DNA from: Candidatus Ozemobacteraceae bacterium
GTDB lineage: Bacteria > Muiribacteriota > Ozemobacteria > Ozemobacterales > Ozemobacteraceae
Length of the DNA stretch: 64,000 nt
Assembly (NCBI GenBank): GCA_965140445.1
Contig: OZ223236.1
Location: 3,360,001-3,424,000 of the forward strand
Direction: 5' to 3'
In this document: positions 61,148 through 64,000 of the stretch, piece after piece
Numbering within the stretch: position 1 is the first letter of the stretch
How the letters are laid out: each line of letters opens with the position of its first letter
Made by a program: the position numbers and the translations under genes
The notes under the pieces: generated by a model
Database searches by the model: none
Told to the model about the DNA's origin: nothing
The model's input: only the letters and a program-made list of their open reading frames with translations

Positions 61148-61271
61148 GCCTAACGGTTGAGTTGATTGGCCGAAAACGGAAGCCTGAATCGGGCACAAAC
61201 AAAGCTAGAACATCAAAACCACGCAGGTCTCGACGGCAGTATCCCCGGTCCACTCGAACGAATTGTTAGAC
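61148..61271 (-). mobile_element. attC site, 124 bp, canonical
   Basis: Minus strand GTCTAAC-AATTC-GTTCGAGT-GGACCG...CGGCC-AATCAAC-TCAACC-GTTAGGC gives the R''/L''/L'/R' layout. Confidence 0.88.
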
Positions 61272-61288
61272 AGAAATTTGCTTTCAAT

Positions 61289-61981
61289 TTAGTTACGGTT
61301 CAAATTTAACAAACCCTCATGAGCGTCCACGAATTCAGATTGGCTTTGGAGAATTTTTAACCTTGATAATAGTTGCTCTTTCTCAGAAACTCTATCTCCA
61401 TTATCCATTGCTTTAAGAAGAAACTTTACCTCTTGCAAAAATAGTCCGATCGTTGGCTCCCATATTTTTTCCAAACCTACAGGATCTTTCTTGATAAGTT
61501 CTACTTTCCTTTTGTATGCTTCCTCGATTTTTGAAAGTGCCTCTAGCGGATTTTCGGTGTAATTGCTTATGATTTTCCACAATCCTTGTTTGCATAGCAA
61601 TCTTCTGATCGCTGGAAAGGCCTTTACTGCAAATTCTGGAGTTTCTTGGTCCAATCCTTGAAAGACATTTATGACATCCTGCTCTCGGCCAATTGCAATG
61701 GAGAGCTCTACCAGCATTTTGAAGGCTTCTTCGTCTGGGATTTTTGATTGAACTTTTTTCTTCAGTTCATCCCAAATTGCTTCCATTCGCTTTCTGGCTG
61801 GCGGATAGAGTGTACCCATAGAGAACCATTCTTCAAGGCACTTTGATAAAATGCCAACGTTTGACCAGTCTATTTCGACAGCATTTCGGAAGAACCATTC
61901 ATAATTTTCTAAGGACTTCTGGAAGTTTCCTGCTTCCTTGGCGCCACGAGCTTGTTCAAGAATAGTCATTGGGTCCTTCAT
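61289..61981 (-). CDS. Hypothetical helical protein (cassette)
   Basis: 230-aa ORF bounded by matching core sites. Confidence 0.7.
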   Translation of the reverse strand: MKDPMTILEQARGAKEAGNFQKSLENYEWFFRNAVEIDWSNVGILSKCLEEWFSMGTLYPPARKRMEAIWDELKKKVQSKIPDEEAFKMLVELSIAIGREQDVINVFQGLDQETPEFAVKAFPAIRRLLCKQGLWKIISNYTENPLEALSKIEEAYKRKVELIKKDPVGLEKIWEPTIGLFLQEVKFLLKAMDNGDRVSEKEQLLSRLKILQSQSEFVDAHEGLLNLNRN

Positions 61982-62004
61982 TAATTTCCTTTCCTTTCAT
62001 TTCT

Positions 62005-62106
62005 GTCTAACGCTAGTCTTGGCCGGAAATGGCCAGGACGGTGCCGGGCTTGCTTTGCAAGACACTTAATCGGCGATCATTTTCCGTGTCTATGCACTTG
62101 TTATGC
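62005..62106 (-). mobile_element. attC site, 102 bp
   Basis: Minus strand R'' GCATAAC 5 nt after the ORF stop ... R' GTTAGAC; inner complementarity GGAAAATG/CATTTCC. Confidence 0.8.
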
Positions 62107-62111
62107 TAATT

Positions 62112-62579
62112 TTATTCTTTAAATTTTTCATATTCAATTTTAATATTTTCGAATTGCTTCTTAGATTTAAAAACTCTTACATTTTCATGGTATCTAATTT
62201 TTAATATATCTGAATTTTGCCATTCTATTCTTAACTCAGGTCCACCCCATGATGCAACGGGGGCCTTTCCATGATCAGAATCACAAATAAAAACATTGCC
62301 TCCATCATCTGGTAATGTTGAATTGCTTTTTAAAATTGATAATTGAGCATTAAAACCTGTTGTAGCCCCTGCATCTCTATTGAAAACGATTGCTTTGTAT
62401 TGTTTATCAGGAGATTGGATCTCGCAAACTTTAATGTTTACAGGCTTCATTCCAAAATTTCCATAGACATAAAAAAGAAATACACCAGCCGGTGAAAAAA
62501 ATATGGCGATCACCAAAACAAGGAAAGTGATCTGCCTTTTTGTCATTTTTTCTTGATTTCGATCGACTTCGCCATTCAT
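62112..62579 (-). CDS. Membrane-anchored hypothetical protein (DUF5412-like), first cassette
   Basis: N-terminal TM; SPD..YKAIVF.RD.GATTGF. Confidence 0.7.
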   Translation of the reverse strand: MNGEVDRNQEKMTKRQITFLVLVIAIFFSPAGVFLFYVYGNFGMKPVNIKVCEIQSPDKQYKAIVFNRDAGATTGFNAQLSILKSNSTLPDDGGNVFICDSDHGKAPVASWGGPELRIEWQNSDILKIRYHENVRVFKSKKQFENIKIEYEKFKE

Positions 62580-62609
62580 CTCTCAAAGCTCTCTAGCATA
62601 TTTTATTTG

Positions 62610-62616
62610 GCATAAC
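62610..62616 (-). mobile_element. Cassette entry core site (attI-like)
   Basis: Minus strand GTTATGC is the exact complement of the first cassette R'' (GCATAAC); upstream is AT-rich with no attC stem. Confidence 0.55.
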
Positions 62617-63479
62617 AGGTATTTTTACATTTATTCCATATAATAATAACATTGCATGTTAATCAAATATTATCTTTAATAATTTCGTCCTGGTTTGGCC
62701 ATTTTGCGATCCATTTAGGATCGGCTCTTATGGATAGAGACCTGGCAAGCGATGTAAAGCTCTATTGTAATTTGGACTATATGTGTTTTTTACACCCTTC
62801 GGACGAGCCGAACAACAAAAAATTGCACAAGATGCATGCTAGGGGCCTGTTGTGGCGGTGAAATTAGACGTTGTCTGTACGCTGGCGAGAGAAACTTTTA
62901 TTTAGTTAAAAACTCTATTTGGCAAAGGGCTGAAACGGTTAAAATATATATTCTCTTTCGAACTATATCTGAAAAACCTGGCTCGTTGTGGTTCCAACTC
63001 TCAGGCCTGTTCGACACCTCTTACCTGGCGCAGAAACGATATTCTGATTCGGAACGGTATATTTGATCTACCTATTTGTCTGTTGAGCTGAATTAGTCCT
63101 TTGCTACGACCGAGCCTGAAAGGCGAAGCCGCTGCTCATAAAAGTTTGACGATTATTCCTTCGTTGAAACTGTTGCTTTCACAGAAACGGTTTGTTGTTC
63201 TAGAAACTGTTATCTCCATCTGATTTGGCGGTTTACAAACTTCATAAAAAACTTTAGTCTTATTCATGTGGGTAATTTTTCTCCTCCGTTTTAAGCTTCA
63301 CCACGTAAAACTTCTGAGAGATTAGCCCACACCTTTAAAAGACAAATTTTACACAACAAAATTTGGTCTAATCACAAAATGAGAACTGAACTTAAACTCA
63401 TCTACCGGTTTAAACAATGTTTTAATCTTTTGTTACTTTATATTCCTCCTAAGGAAAACGGATAAGGACTTTGTTAAAA

Positions 63480-64000
63480 ATGAAGCTCACAATCTTTTAC
63501 CTGAACGATCTCCATGGCAACTACCTTGTATTGCCTGAAGTTTTTGAAATTGTTACCAAAGCAAGAAGTGAGGGTGACGTTCTATTATTTGACACAGGAG
63601 ACACTTTTTCAGATTCTTACAATGGCCTGCTTCAAATTGAATTAATGAACTTGCTTGGATTTACAGCCTGGCTCCCGGGAAATCATGATCTTTCAGACTA
63701 TTTTCCTTCCTTCAAAAATGCTGTTGCTTATGGCAACTTCTGTAAAATAGCCTCTAACATTACGACTGAAAAAAGTGCGGTTTTCCTGAATTCAGAATTA
63801 CAAAAGAGTCTAAGTGTTGATATCGGAAATTTTAAAATTCAAATACAAGGATTAACTGAAGAGGTTACTGAAAATCATTTTTCCAATTTTTTTATCAGTC
63901 CTGAAAATGCAGTTAAGCAACTTTCGGAAAGCCTTTCCAAGCCACATGATTTTACCATTCTGCTATCTCACCTTGGATTTGAACGGGACAAAAAAATTGC
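63480..64000 (+). CDS. Metallophosphoesterase / 5'-nucleotidase family protein, 3'-truncated
   Basis: MKLTIFYLNDLHG...DTGD...PGNHD...LSHLG; runs off the window end. Confidence 0.8.
   Translation, partial: MKLTIFYLNDLHGNYLVLPEVFEIVTKARSEGDVLLFDTGDTFSDSYNGLLQIELMNLLGFTAWLPGNHDLSDYFPSFKNAVAYGNFCKIASNITTEKSAVFLNSELQKSLSVDIGNFKIQIQGLTEEVTENHFSNFFISPENAVKQLSESLSKPHDFTILLSHLGFERDKKI

Noticed and set aside
62652..63066. Short + strand ORFs as integrase remnants, or AACTCTCAGG as a glycine riboswitch
   Set aside because: No tyrosine recombinase motifs are visible, the rest of the riboswitch aptamer is missing, and no suitable gene follows
1..64000. CRISPR arrays, tRNA/rRNA genes, IS transposases and the many short overlapping ORFs in the track
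   Set aside because: No regularly spaced repeats, tRNA arms or transposase motifs were recognised by eye; the short ORFs are antisense or out-of-frame shadows of well-supported genes

Overview
AT-rich bacterial chromosomal segment, not phage or plasmid. The gene content (SpoIID-like, Prp, a CxHG pilin-like protein, a PocR kinase) loosely suggests a deep-branching anaerobe such as Ca. Riflebacteria, but this is inference only. From left to right: (i) a translationally coupled operon of hypothetical / HExxH-vWA protein / hypothetical / CapK-like ANL ligase / pnuC / nadR-like, truncated at the left edge; (ii) accessory enzymes (PocR-PAS hybrid kinase, GFA, DUF4037, PhzF, GNATs, B12 radical SAM, catalase); (iii) a short, CPR-like ProRS, proline dehydrogenase and a clear XerCD dif site at 24637-24664, implying the replication terminus; (iv) a glycosylation cluster, rplU-prp-rpmA, neuC, hydA, TPR/SpoIID-like, cutA and uvrD; (v) a catalytically degenerate membrane-anchored 5'-nucleotidase coupled to a HAMP-GAF-GGDEF diguanylate cyclase and an EamA transporter; (vi) tandem amidohydrolases, a cN-II nucleotidase, gpmA and an Aas-like gene; (vii) a minus-strand integron cassette array with four recognisable attC sites, an attI-like entry core, two toxin-antitoxin cassettes (one disarmed) and no adjacent integrase (CALIN-like), apparently eroding leftwards towards about 55 kb. 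No rRNA, tRNA or CRISPR array was recognised. All family calls come from reading motifs, not from database searches.
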